From Nitrososphaera sp. (GTDB lineage Archaea > Thermoproteota > Nitrososphaeria > Nitrososphaerales > Nitrososphaeraceae), in the NCBI GenBank assembly GCA_036844865.1, contig DAIUEZ010000001.1, forward strand, positions 1 through 63,110: DNA of 63,110 nucleotides, written 5' to 3'. This document shows positions 19,419-29,650 of the stretch, in pieces. Each line of letters begins with the position of its first letter. The stretch's first letter is position 1. A model generated the notes under the pieces. The model was not told where the DNA came from. It saw nothing but the letters and a program-made list of their open reading frames with translations, and ran no database searches. A program made the translations under genes and the position numbers.

Positions 19419-20705
19419 ATGGGAAATAACACCTGCTCGGTAGTTCTGTTGGAACTTGGTGTGGCTGCATTTGACCGAGGTGGCAGCCTCCTAGTGTCAA
19501 AAAAGTTCGATAATGCAATCCGGTCTTATAGGCTACTCAAGAGCGGAGTGAACCTTGATGAAATAAGATGGTTTATTGAAAAATTACGTTCATTTGAGCC
19601 TGTATCAACAAATGATGCAAGCATTGTCTCCGTATTACGACAGGCTGGCTTGGATAGTCAGCTGATGCCAGAGGATCAGCAGCAATATATCCAAAACAGC
19701 AAACCAACTTTTATAGTAAAGGCCGGCTTTGCCAACAATGAGCAGGATGCAATGCAAGCCCTGCGTGAATTTGCTATAAACCTCTCGTCGTCAAGAGTAA
19801 AGGAGGCATCCGAGAAGCTAGATCTTCACATCATCCAGTCAATCAATGCACTAGATGAGCTTGACAAGATCATCAACACAGTGGGTGCAAGGATGAGAGA
19901 GTGGTACGGACTCCATTTTCCCGAGCTTGACAACCTTGTATCAAGCCTTATTGTGTACGCAGAGATCGTAAGCAAAGCTGGTTTGCGAGGGGATATCCTT
20001 GTAGAAATTTTACAAAATATTGGCTTGCCGGACAAAAAGGTTGAAGTTATACTTGATGCTGCAAAGCGCAGCAAAGGTGGCGACATGACGCCAGAAAACC
20101 TTGCAATTGTCAAACGGCTTGCAGATGAGGTCATTGCACAATCGGATTTACGCAGGGTGCTTACAGATCACATTGAAGTTGCAATGGAAACCGTGGCTCC
20201 GAATGTCAAAGAATTACTGACAGCCGCAGTAGGCGCAAGAGTAATTTCGAAGGCAGGCAGTTTGGCCCGACTTGCAACATTGCCGGCGAGCACAATCCAG
20301 ATATTAGGTGCCGAGAAGGCGCTGTTTCGTGCACTTAAGACAGGCGCCAGGCCGCCAAAGCATGGGTTGTTGTTCCAACACCCTCTCATTCATTCCGCGC
20401 CCAAGTGGCAGCGAGGTAAGATAGCAAGAGCAGTTGCATCAAAGGTCGCCATAGCGGCAAGGATCGACTATTACCGCCACGACGGCAAGGACAATACTAT
20501 TTATGATAAGCTGAAAATCCGCATCGATGAAATACGAGAAAAATATCGGGAGCCAATACCTGAGAAGGAGCGTAACAGGAAATACAAGGAGCACATCCAG
20601 CGTCAGCAGCATAGAACTGGAAGTGATGTAACCAGAGATAAACATGATAAGAGAAAGAAGAAGGAGGACAGAAGAAAGAGATTTGGAAGGCGACGGCGCT
20701 ATTAG
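19419..20705 (+). CDS. nop5: Nop5 (Nop56/58) box C/D sRNP protein
   Basis: REWYGLHFPEL, IQILGAEKALF, PPKHG and RGKIAR motifs; basic C-terminal tail. Confidence 0.96.
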   Translation: MGNNTCSVVLLELGVAAFDRGGSLLVSKKFDNAIRSYRLLKSGVNLDEIRWFIEKLRSFEPVSTNDASIVSVLRQAGLDSQLMPEDQQQYIQNSKPTFIVKAGFANNEQDAMQALREFAINLSSSRVKEASEKLDLHIIQSINALDELDKIINTVGARMREWYGLHFPELDNLVSSLIVYAEIVSKAGLRGDILVEILQNIGLPDKKVEVILDAAKRSKGGDMTPENLAIVKRLADEVIAQSDLRRVLTDHIEVAMETVAPNVKELLTAAVGARVISKAGSLARLATLPASTIQILGAEKALFRALKTGARPPKHGLLFQHPLIHSAPKWQRGKIARAVASKVAIAARIDYYRHDGKDNTIYDKLKIRIDEIREKYREPIPEKERNRKYKEHIQRQQHRTGSDVTRDKHDKRKKKEDRRKRFGRRRRY

Positions 20706-21357
20706 ATGGATTTCAATAAATGGCGAGAAAAATGCTGCCACTCTAAATCTAATAAAGGGGGATAATGTATATGGAGAAAAGCTAGTGAAATATGAGGGCG
20801 AAGAATACAGGATTTGGGATCCTTTCAGAAGCAAACTTGCTGCTGCACTCAAAAAGGGAATGAAAAATATGCCAATAAAGAATGGCAGCAAAGTACTTTA
20901 CCTTGGCGCGTCTACTGGGACAACTGTTAGCCATGTATCTGATATCGTCGGACTATCCGGCCTAGTATTTGCAGTTGAGCCCGCAACAAGGGTTGCACGG
21001 GAACTTATTGAAAATGTCGCTTCAAAGCGCAAGAATGTACTCCCGATAATCGAAGATGCAAGAAGACCTCACTCATATTTTGCAGTATTTGGCAAAATAG
21101 ATGTCGTCTACTGTGACATTGCGCAGCCTGACCAGACAGACATTGCGATAGCAAATTGCTCAATGTATTTGAAGAGAGGAGGTATAATGTTGTTGGTAGT
21201 CAAGACAAGGAGCATAGATGTGACGATGGATCCGCGAGCAGTAGTGGCACAGGAGGCAAGTAAGCTTAAGGAGAATGGTTTCCAGATAGATCAGATAATT
21301 AATCTTGAGCCTTTTGATAGGGATCACGGCATGATATATTGTATCTACAAGTCTTAG
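20644..21357 (+). CDS. flpA: Fibrillarin 2'-O-methyltransferase
   Basis: WDPFRSKLAA, LYLGASTGTT, EDARRP and DIAQPDQ motifs. The true start may be TTG 20683. Confidence 0.96.
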   Translation: MIRERRRRTEERDLEGDGAIRWISINGEKNAATLNLIKGDNVYGEKLVKYEGEEYRIWDPFRSKLAAALKKGMKNMPIKNGSKVLYLGASTGTTVSHVSDIVGLSGLVFAVEPATRVARELIENVASKRKNVLPIIEDARRPHSYFAVFGKIDVVYCDIAQPDQTDIAIANCSMYLKRGGIMLLVVKTRSIDVTMDPRAVVAQEASKLKENGFQIDQIINLEPFDRDHGMIYCIYKS

Positions 21358-22037
21358 AGCTTGCAGTGGATTATCTCGTCAAGCATCATCCGAAGAGGTT
21401 TCCACGACTTTCTTGTAAACTCCGGAGCTGAACCATTCTTGGCTACCCAGTCTCTAATAAAACGCATTGTGCGCTCATCTGATGGGTATCCGCTGCCCAT
21501 ATTTCCATACTTGCTACATATATGTTGGATCTCTTGGTCCCTTGTTATCTTGGCAATTATTGATGCAGCCGAGACGACCATATTAATTACATCTGCATGG
21601 TGCAGCGAGTATAATTTTGGGTTGCATATAAGGTGGCATTCCATGTACTGTATGTATCTCTGTGGGTTGACATCGCAGCAGTCAACATAGACTTCATCCA
21701 CTCCAATATTGTCGATTACGCTGGCCATAACTTTTGCTTCAAGCCTGTTGAGGCCCCTGAGTGACACGCTGCTATCGACTTCGACAGGGTCTATCTTGTG
21801 GATGCAAACCGAGTCAATGACCTTCATTATTTCGCCAAAAAGCCTAGCACGCGCTTTGGAGCTTAGAGCCTTGGAATCCTTGACGCCCATCTGGCGCAAA
21901 AGAGCAATCTTTGACTCGCGGATACCGACCCCTGCAACAACAAGAGGCCCAACAATAGATCCGCGGCCTGCTTCGTCAACACCACCAACTAGAATACTGT
22001 TGTCCTGACATAGCAAAATTGTCAATTGTATAATCAT
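21354..22037 (-). CDS. rnhB: Ribonuclease HII
   Basis: GVDEAGRG, DSKAL, SAASIIAK and GSGYPSD motifs. Confidence 0.96.
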   Translation of the reverse strand: MIIQLTILLCQDNSILVGGVDEAGRGSIVGPLVVAGVGIRESKIALLRQMGVKDSKALSSKARARLFGEIMKVIDSVCIHKIDPVEVDSSVSLRGLNRLEAKVMASVIDNIGVDEVYVDCCDVNPQRYIQYMECHLICNPKLYSLHHADVINMVVSAASIIAKITRDQEIQHICSKYGNMGSGYPSDERTMRFIRDWVAKNGSAPEFTRKSWKPLRMMLDEIIHCKL

Positions 22038-22106
22038 TTGTGGTATTTATACCGTTATTTGTGCTTCTAAAACAAGAATACTGTCTTTTCTACTGTTATA
22101 AATAGC

Positions 22107-23261
22107 GTGTTATTGCAGAGCTGTGATATGGCAGAGTTTGTTAACGCAGTTGAGGGCAGAACAATACTTATGGTTCCAAAGTACTCGCTTACCGCCAAAG
22201 CTCCTCCAAGGACGCCTGCTTTCTTCAATCCTGCTGCCAAGCTTAACCGCGACTTCTCAATACTCGCCTACAGTGCTTTTGCAGCAGCATCTGGAAAAAA
22301 AACATTCGCAGATTCGTTCACCGGTATTGGCGCACGCGCTCTTAGGGTTGCAGTCGAGGTTCCAGAAGTAGAACAGGTTTACTGCAATGATATTAACTGT
22401 ATTGCAATAGAAGCTGCTAAAGAGGCCGCTAGGCTTAATTCTGTAATCGACCGATGCCATTTCTCAATTGACGATGTCTGCAAGTTCCTTCTTAAAGGCG
22501 ACAAAGAGGGTGACCGCTATTCCATAGTTGACCTAGACCCTTTCGGCACCCCTGCAAGGCATATAGACTGTGTACTGAGGTCTGTAGTTGACGACGGACT
22601 TGTCTCGATAACTGCGACAGATACTGCAGTCTTGTGGGGGGTTTATCCTGAGGTCTGTCTGCGCCGCTACTATGGAAGGCCACTCAACAATAGTTATGGC
22701 AATGAAACCGCAATAAGGCTTTTACTTTCACTCACTGCATTAACCGCCTCAAGGCTTGAACTTGCGATCAAGCCAGTATTTGTACATGCCACTAAACACT
22801 ATCTTCGTGTCTATGCAAAGGTGTCAGTCAGCAGTAGCCGAGCAAATAACGTTTATAACAATATCGGCTATCTAATGCACTGCTTCCAGTGCGGCCACCG
22901 TTTCAATACCAAAGAATATGGAAAAGGAAAATGCGAGCTATGCAGTACCGGCTTGGCTGTAGGAGGTCAGCTATGGACAGGCTCACTATACGAGAAAGAA
23001 TTTGTCAAGAAAATGTTAGAGCAAGACCCCGATAGACAGTGCAAAAAGGTGCTCGAAGCAGCGATAGAAGAAGCAAGCGAAATACCGTATTATTTTCGGG
23101 CTGACGAGATTTCATCAAAGCTCAAATCAAACACACTTTCCGTGCAAAGGATCATTGAAAAGCTGCACACTGCAGGCTTTGTTGCGTCAAAGACTGCTCT
23201 GAATACTAGCGCATTCAAGACAGACGCAAGGATCGACTCGATTCTTAATGTCTTGAGCTAG
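22107..23261 (+). CDS. trm1: tRNA (guanine-26) N2,N2-dimethyltransferase
   Basis: FFNP...NRD, DLDPFGTP, ITATD and a CxxC...CxxC zinc site. Confidence 0.93.
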   Translation: MLLQSCDMAEFVNAVEGRTILMVPKYSLTAKAPPRTPAFFNPAAKLNRDFSILAYSAFAAASGKKTFADSFTGIGARALRVAVEVPEVEQVYCNDINCIAIEAAKEAARLNSVIDRCHFSIDDVCKFLLKGDKEGDRYSIVDLDPFGTPARHIDCVLRSVVDDGLVSITATDTAVLWGVYPEVCLRRYYGRPLNNSYGNETAIRLLLSLTALTASRLELAIKPVFVHATKHYLRVYAKVSVSSSRANNVYNNIGYLMHCFQCGHRFNTKEYGKGKCELCSTGLAVGGQLWTGSLYEKEFVKKMLEQDPDRQCKKVLEAAIEEASEIPYYFRADEISSKLKSNTLSVQRIIEKLHTAGFVASKTALNTSAFKTDARIDSILNVLS

Positions 23262-23746
23262 ATAGGCATAGCATTTATGGAGTTGTTGACATAGCCTTCC
23301 CATTCTTGCTTTAGGTCATCTAGTTTAATATTAGAATCAGGCATCCTGTCATTTTCTTCAATTACTGTTTGCATTACATTAAGGTATTTCAGAAAGCTGT
23401 CAAGTGCCTGAATGTAAAAGTCATAGCTTTGTTGCCATCCTTGGGCCGGCGAGGCACTATTAAGCAGCTGCAGCATATTCTGTATATCTGATCGATCAAG
23501 GTTTATTTGGCTCAGTAGATCGTTAGAGGTCGCCTCCCCACTTTTCCATTGCTCAAACTTTGACTCAATATTGGTTGCAAGGCTCTGATGCTGAGAATAT
23601 ACATCTGAAATAATACCATTGTCGTCACGGGGTGGCGTAATCATGCTGCCAGGACTACTTTGAGGTATCAGCCATACCAGAAAACTTGATCCAACTATCG
23701 CTGCTGCAATGACTGCCGTTATGGCTATGCCCTTCCTGGTTGCCAA
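23258..23746 (-). CDS. Membrane-anchored or secreted helical protein
   Basis: N-terminal RKG followed by a hydrophobic helix, then a soluble helical domain. Confidence 0.8.
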   Translation of the reverse strand: MATRKGIAITAVIAAAIVGSSFLVWLIPQSSPGSMITPPRDDNGIISDVYSQHQSLATNIESKFEQWKSGEATSNDLLSQINLDRSDIQNMLQLLNSASPAQGWQQSYDFYIQALDSFLKYLNVMQTVIEENDRMPDSNIKLDDLKQEWEGYVNNSINAMPI

Positions 23747-23819
23747 ACCATCTTAACTCTAGAGTCCAGTCGAATAAAAAGATATTAACATATAGTCAAA
23801 TATCTCAGACATCGTAAAT

Positions 23820-24659
23820 ATGAGCCTGGGTGAACAGGTGCCGCCACCCCATGTAGGTAAGATAAACTATCACAAGAACCTGACTCCGGAACTTGCAATA
23901 ATTAGAGTGCAGCCAGGCGATGGAAGAGCTGTACCTGACTTTAAAGCTGGCCAATTCGTGGCACTTGGGCTGAAACTGGATGGTCATCACAACATAACAT
24001 ATAGGCCCTACTCAATATCGTCGCCTCCTGAAGAAAAGAGGTACTTCGAGTTTTACATAAAGTCCGCATCAGAATATGTAATGAACAGGTTTACAAACAT
24101 CCTTTTCAAAATGCCTGAAGGCGATCTAGTTTACTGGCGCAACCCTGCCGGCGTATTCACCATTGAGGATAAAAAGGCTGATGGAACTCCAGACACAAGA
24201 CGACTAGTATTGGTTGCATCAGGAACAGGTCTTGCGCCTTTTATCAGCTATGTTCTACATTTGAAAAATATCAAATCAAAGAGAGAAATAGTATTGCTTC
24301 ATGGGGCAAAATACGCCCAGGAACTTGGTTACCATGACATGCTTGAGAACTTGTCTGCAAGCAATCTGAATTTCAAATACTTGACGACTGTAAGCAGACC
24401 GGACCATAAGCTATCGCATGAGTGGAGGGGAAACGTAGGTAGAGTTGAGACATTACTTGTAGGCAAAGACGGTTGCAAATCTCAGCTTGAAAAAGCAGTT
24501 GGCGAAGAAATTACGCCTGAAAACTCTTTCTTCCACGTATGCGGCTACGCTGGAACCATCAATGCAGTCATTTCAATTCTGAGTCCGCTTGGCTTTGTCA
24601 GCAACCGCAAGAAGCGTGAGGACGGATCATTTGATATCAAGATTGAAACCTACATCTGA
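23820..24659 (+). CDS. fpr: Ferredoxin-NADP+ reductase family FAD/NAD(P) oxidoreductase
   Basis: FKAGQF, RPYSISS, ASGTGLAP and VCG motifs; C-terminal ETY. Confidence 0.88.
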   Translation: MSLGEQVPPPHVGKINYHKNLTPELAIIRVQPGDGRAVPDFKAGQFVALGLKLDGHHNITYRPYSISSPPEEKRYFEFYIKSASEYVMNRFTNILFKMPEGDLVYWRNPAGVFTIEDKKADGTPDTRRLVLVASGTGLAPFISYVLHLKNIKSKREIVLLHGAKYAQELGYHDMLENLSASNLNFKYLTTVSRPDHKLSHEWRGNVGRVETLLVGKDGCKSQLEKAVGEEITPENSFFHVCGYAGTINAVISILSPLGFVSNRKKREDGSFDIKIETYI

Positions 24660-24703
24660 TGACAACAAAACCCTCATTATGCTGTGCCGCCAATTAGCGG
24701 CAG

Positions 24704-25012
24704 TTGTCATATTATGCAGCAAGAACTATGCGATACCAAGGCTCAATGATGGTCGATATCTGTGATATCGAATTAGTTGGGACAAAACTGGAACAGAATG
24801 GACTTGTAGTTCACCTTACAAAGGAATATTACCAACAGGAGGTAATCGAGCAGACATATGCACGGCAGCTTCTCCAGAAATGCGATATTGCAAATCTTGT
24901 AGGGAAGAGTATAATAAAACAGGCAATTGAGATGAAGCTGGCAAAAGAGGCTAGTGTAAGAAAGATTGCTGGTGTGCCTTTTCTCATGATCTACAAATTT
25001 CACCATTCATGA
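24704..25012 (+). CDS. DUF424 family protein
   Basis: DICDIELVG, IANLVG and IAGVP motifs. Confidence 0.85.
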   Translation: MSYYAARTMRYQGSMMVDICDIELVGTKLEQNGLVVHLTKEYYQQEVIEQTYARQLLQKCDIANLVGKSIIKQAIEMKLAKEASVRKIAGVPFLMIYKFHHS

Positions 25013-25348
25013 AAAGGCTCTATTCTAGATGCAAAATCAACGTGATATAGAAATATTCTAATATCTAAATGGCGGGTTTTGTTGATTAAAGCTTATCTCT
25101 TTCTTGATTTTCTAAAGTCAACAGTTATGACTTTTACTCTCTCTACTCTGTACCTTCATTTCAAACAGCAGTCTCATCGTTTCTACCCTTGCCTTCATTG
25201 GTTTCACATCATAACGTAATTTCCGGTAAGCATTACTGTGAATGGATAAGGAAGATGAGTCTATTGTTGCTTTGTGCTTTTATGTCCAATTTGAGTATTA
25301 TTGCCCCTAGCATTACACATATAATAAAAGAGCACTAACTTTTGCATA

Positions 25349-26170
25349 TTGTCAGAAGAGCCTGATGATCAGCTGCCAAGGGAGGAGAAAGACAAGGCCG
25401 CAGCGCGAGCTGATAGATGGCTCTCTAAATATGAACGCAAAAGTAGGTTCCTAAACAAGATGTCTGAAGATTACGACGTTTTTGATAATGTATTTGATAT
25501 ACCTACTCTTATGACAATAAATGAACTGAGGAGCGATGGCGTTATACAGTATATCAAGAGCTCACTTGCTGCTGGTAAAGAGTCTAAAGTATACCTTGCA
25601 GTTGCACCAGATGGCTCACTTCGAACAGCCAAAATATATCTCACAGTGAGTGCCGAGTTCAAAAAGCGGATGCAATACATCGCTGGTGATCCTCGATTTT
25701 CTGACTTAAAGCCAGGAGCTCGCAGCCTTATAATGACATGGGCTCGAAAGGAGTTTAAGAACATGCAGACAGCGTACGCCGTCGGAGTGAGGATACCTTT
25801 GCCGATAGCAGTCAAGAAGAATGTGCTTGTAATGGAGTTCGTAGGTGACAGTGAAGGCAATCCTATGCCGGCACTAATAAATACAGAAGATATCACATTG
25901 AACGACTATCAGCAGATAATCGAGCAGATGACTATGTTATATCAAAAAGCCAAATTGGTGCATGCTGACTTGTCAGAGTACAATATTTTCAAGACAGACC
26001 ATGGCATCATGTTATTTGATTTTGGATCTGCTGTTGATATTCAACACCCAAATTCCAGACAATTTTTATTGCGCGATGTCCTGAACGTAAACAAGTTCTT
26101 TGAAAAACGAGGAATTGACGTCCTCAATACTACTCAAGCAGTAGAAAAGATTAGGGGTGATACAAAATAA
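25349..26170 (+). CDS. rio1: RIO1 protein kinase
   Basis: GKESKVY, KIY, WARKEFKN, LVHADLSEYN and FDFGSAV motifs. Confidence 0.95.
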   Translation: MSEEPDDQLPREEKDKAAARADRWLSKYERKSRFLNKMSEDYDVFDNVFDIPTLMTINELRSDGVIQYIKSSLAAGKESKVYLAVAPDGSLRTAKIYLTVSAEFKKRMQYIAGDPRFSDLKPGARSLIMTWARKEFKNMQTAYAVGVRIPLPIAVKKNVLVMEFVGDSEGNPMPALINTEDITLNDYQQIIEQMTMLYQKAKLVHADLSEYNIFKTDHGIMLFDFGSAVDIQHPNSRQFLLRDVLNVNKFFEKRGIDVLNTTQAVEKIRGDTK

Positions 26171-26760
26171 TGAGCTTTCAACACACAGTCAAGATTCCAA
26201 AGGAGCGGATAGGTGTCCTGATTGGTAAACGTGGAAAAGTAAAGCAGCAAATTGAAGAAAGATGCGGCGTCAAAATCGAGATCGATAGCGAGACTGGCGA
26301 TACTATGATCATTGGCAACAGCTCTGCTGACCGTCTGGAAGCTTTTCGGGCGGTCGAAGTGATAACCGCAATTTCAAGAGGATTTTCTCCCCAGCGAGCT
26401 TATCTGCTCTTTGAGGACGAGGAGTTAATATTCCAGCAGATCGATTTACATGACTACACCGGCAAGTCTCCAAATGCCCTTGAGCGTATCAAGGGCAGGA
26501 TAATTGGCGAAGGCGGCAAGGCGCGTCGAATGATTGAGGAGTTGGGTGGCTCATACGTGTCTGTCTATGGCCATACTGTGTGCCTTATCGGCAACTTCAG
26601 GGAAATCAAGCTGACAACCGAAGCAATTGTCATGCTCGCCAAGGGTAGCATGCACAAAAGCGTCTACAATATGCTGCAGGGTGCAAAAAGGAAAAACAAG
26701 CTGGACAAGATGCGTCTATGGGAAGAAAATCACGATAAAATTACGTTCTCTGACTCTTAA
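26170..26760 (+). CDS. KH-domain pre-rRNA processing protein (Dim2/Pno1/Krr1-like)
   Basis: RIGVLIGKRG, RGFSPQRA and GRIIGEGG motifs; coupled to rio1. Confidence 0.93.
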   Translation: MSFQHTVKIPKERIGVLIGKRGKVKQQIEERCGVKIEIDSETGDTMIIGNSSADRLEAFRAVEVITAISRGFSPQRAYLLFEDEELIFQQIDLHDYTGKSPNALERIKGRIIGEGGKARRMIEELGGSYVSVYGHTVCLIGNFREIKLTTEAIVMLAKGSMHKSVYNMLQGAKRKNKLDKMRLWEENHDKITFSDS

Positions 26761-26909
26761 TGAGGCTATAAAGCCAACGATCGGTTTGCATTCTCTTTTA
26801 TATGATCTATAGATGCCCGTTCGCCTATGCTGCCATATCCTAAATTAACTAATACTGCAAGACTAAGAATTTTTCTTATGTCTCGCCTTTCTTGTTTGCC
26901 TTTACTTTA

Positions 26910-27467
26910 CTAACCTCCGCTCCAGCGTTTGAAAAGACTGTGGTCAATATTGAATTGGTCAAGCACCTTGCCTACCAGATGGTTTATCAGATCATCCATT
27001 GTCTTTGGCCTATGGTAAAATCCTGGCATGGCTGGCAGAATTACTGCGTTGGTACTTGCAAGCTTGGTCATATTTTTTAGGTGTATCTTTGACAGTGGAG
27101 TCTCCCTTGGCACAAGAACAAGTTTACGCTGTTCCTTTATGCAAACGCCTGCTGCTCTAGAGACTAAGCTATCGTCAAGGGCATTTGCTATGCTAGCCAA
27201 CGTTTTAGTACTACAGGGAATGACGATCATGCCTTCGACTTTGAATGAACCACTTGAGATAGGTGCGGCCATATTGTCATCTTCATAATACCTAGTCGCA
27301 AGTGACTTAACATAATCAGCCGTGTTGTCAGTCTCTATCTTTATGTTCTTGGCGCCCCATTCAGTAATAATAAGGTGTGTATCAATTTTCAGTCTCTTGA
27401 GAACCTCAAGTGTCCTTATTCCATAAATGACACCCGAAGCGCCAGTGATTGCAACTACTAGCCGCAA
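26910..27467 (-). CDS. ubiX: Flavin prenyltransferase
   Basis: AITGASG, ISSGS, PCSTKTLA, VPRETP and PGFYHRP motifs. Confidence 0.95.
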   Translation of the reverse strand: MRLVVAITGASGVIYGIRTLEVLKRLKIDTHLIITEWGAKNIKIETDNTADYVKSLATRYYEDDNMAAPISSGSFKVEGMIVIPCSTKTLASIANALDDSLVSRAAGVCIKEQRKLVLVPRETPLSKIHLKNMTKLASTNAVILPAMPGFYHRPKTMDDLINHLVGKVLDQFNIDHSLFKRWSGG

Positions 27468-27548
27468 GCAGATAACTGATTACTTTGTTGTTATTTAATG
27501 GTGCCTGCAAGCATTTAATAGTGAACTCTGTTGGCTACCAAATAGGCG

Positions 27549-28451
27549 TTGCTGACGGTCTTTGGCACAGTGGCACTAGATACAACACGTACTCCTTTTA
27601 GGACAGAGACCAGAATACTGGGTGGTGCCGCCACCTTTGCCTCTGTTTCATCAAGCATGTTTGCGCCCACCTCAATAGTGGCGGCAGTAGGGTCAGACAT
27701 GCCAGCTGAACATATAAAGGCACTTAGTTCAAAGGGTATAGATACAAAGGGGATCATCATCATACAGGGAAGCAAAACTTTCCATTATGATTCTTCATTT
27801 GATTACGATCTGTCGAACAGGACTACTAATAAGACTGAGCTTGGAGCCATAGCTGGCTTTGATCCTGTCATCCCTGAAGAATATATCAAGTCTGATTACG
27901 TATATCTTGCAAACAATGATCCAAAGCAGAACATCAAGATCCTGCGACATTTTCAGAATCCCAGGCTTGTAGTATGCGACACTATAGAATTCTGGATAAA
28001 TGGGAGCCGTGATGACGTAGTAAATATGATAGAGATGACAGACGGAGTAGTAATAAATGACAATGAGGCAAGACTCTTGTGCAAGGAGGCTAACCTTGCA
28101 ACATGCGCCAAAAAAATAATGTCATGGGGATCGAAGTTTGCGATAATCAAAAAGGGTGAGAACGGTGCCATCCTCTTTACCAAAGAGGGATTGGTGTTCC
28201 CAGCTGCAGCATTTTTTCTTGATGAGATAGTCGACCCAACTGGGGCTGGTGACTCCTTTGCAGGTGGCTTTCTAGGTCATATTGCTCGCAAGGGCGTGAT
28301 GAATTTTGCCACAATGAAGGAAGCAGTGATCTATGGCAATGTAATGGGTTCATTTGCTGTTGAAGACTTTGGGATCAAGCGCCTCCTATCGATAACAAAG
28401 GATGATGTGGAGGACCGCTATGGGAAATACTGCAAATTGGTGCAATTCTAA
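27549..28451 (+). CDS. PfkB-family carbohydrate/nucleoside kinase
   Basis: GGAAT, KKGENG and DPTGAGDSFAGG motifs. Confidence 0.92.
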   Translation: MLTVFGTVALDTTRTPFRTETRILGGAATFASVSSSMFAPTSIVAAVGSDMPAEHIKALSSKGIDTKGIIIIQGSKTFHYDSSFDYDLSNRTTNKTELGAIAGFDPVIPEEYIKSDYVYLANNDPKQNIKILRHFQNPRLVVCDTIEFWINGSRDDVVNMIEMTDGVVINDNEARLLCKEANLATCAKKIMSWGSKFAIIKKGENGAILFTKEGLVFPAAAFFLDEIVDPTGAGDSFAGGFLGHIARKGVMNFATMKEAVIYGNVMGSFAVEDFGIKRLLSITKDDVEDRYGKYCKLVQF

Positions 28452-28544
28452 TCTCTTGTTTTATACACAACTTTTGCCTGAGCAACTACCACTGTGGCAG
28501 AAGACATACACGCTCAAATCGCTTGAATTAGAAAGAAAAGTAAT

Positions 28545-28907
28545 ATGACAGTCAATACATCAAATCTGGAGCAAGTCATAATTTCAGAGCTCAAGATAAG
28601 CGAAGACGAAACCAAGGTTTACATTGCTATTGTGAAAAAAGGCAAAATGGATCCTGCCAAGATTTCAAGTGTACTTGGCTGGAGTGATGAGCAGCGCGCA
28701 CTTACTACAGCAAAATTACTGGTCAACAGAGGCATGGTCATTGAAATAACAAAGACAGAATTTGAGTCACTCCATCCACGCTTTGCAATAACTAATCGCT
28801 ACAGAAGGCGCTGCGAAGAAGAGCACATACCCTTCAAAAGGAACCTCAAGATCGACAACATCGGCATCATTCTTGAGAAGTCCTATGAGGATGCAAGAAC
28901 TAAATAA
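28545..28907 (+). CDS. TrmB-like winged-HTH protein
   Basis: LKISEDETKVYIAIVKKG...AKIS...LVNRGMV resembles the TrmB N-terminal domain. Confidence 0.7.
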   Translation: MTVNTSNLEQVIISELKISEDETKVYIAIVKKGKMDPAKISSVLGWSDEQRALTTAKLLVNRGMVIEITKTEFESLHPRFAITNRYRRRCEEEHIPFKRNLKIDNIGIILEKSYEDARTK

Positions 28908-28938
28908 GTGGCAACATGCAACAAGGAATATTATCGTA

Positions 28939-29364
28939 ATGACGACTTCGGATCCTACTGGCGGCGACAAGGTAGTCTATTTTGGTGTAATAAATATCAA
29001 CGAGAATGGCAGGACGATAGGTTCAGTGGATATCTGGCGAAGCCTTCTGACAAAGGAAATGTTCTGTGAAGAAAAGCGTTTAGGGGTTTTAGAAATAGTC
29101 GATTACCTTGGCATGCCTAAGATTGACAAAGACAAAAAGTGGGCTGTGGCGATCAGCAGAAACTTAAAAGGCCACTTACGCTGGCGGCTTATTAAGATAA
29201 TAAAGGAAGGTAGGATGACATTTATGGCTGCAGATGACAATGCAGTTGAAGTAAATGTCAAGAATTTTAAAATTGTTGACCCTCAGTGGTGGAGCTTTTT
29301 GGTCGAAGAGCATGTCAACCGTAACATGGAAGTGACGGATGTGTCAAAAAATGATCCGCGATGA
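28939..29364 (+). CDS. Hypothetical protein
   Basis: ORF 28873..29364; the likely start is ATG 28939, which avoids overlap with the upstream gene. Confidence 0.75.
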   Translation: MTTSDPTGGDKVVYFGVININENGRTIGSVDIWRSLLTKEMFCEEKRLGVLEIVDYLGMPKIDKDKKWAVAISRNLKGHLRWRLIKIIKEGRMTFMAADDNAVEVNVKNFKIVDPQWWSFLVEEHVNRNMEVTDVSKNDPR

Positions 29365-29650
29365 TGATAATCTTCCGGTTACCGTCTTTGTAAAAAGTGC
29401 TAGCGGGAGCGAAATAGCAAGTAAGCTCTCTGGATATTTTGTAGTCAAGGGTCAGGAATTTCGCTTTACTGCAATAGCATTTGGTCGTATTGGAGGTCAC
29501 AATGCAAGTATCAAGATATCCAAGACTACTTTGGACAAAATAGCGAAAATGGGGATTGACCCAGAGCAGCTACAAATATCAATTCAGCGCAAGTTGATTG
29601 AAGGTGATATTATTTTACAGGAAGGATCAAAGCTCCGGTCGTCAGACTAG
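29339..29650 (+). CDS. Hypothetical protein
   Basis: [15 protein letters not shown] segment; overlaps the upstream gene as in an operon; start may be 29351. Confidence 0.75.
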   Translation: MCQKMIRDDDNLPVTVFVKSASGSEIASKLSGYFVVKGQEFRFTAIAFGRIGGHNASIKISKTTLDKIAKMGIDPEQLQISIQRKLIEGDIILQEGSKLRSSD

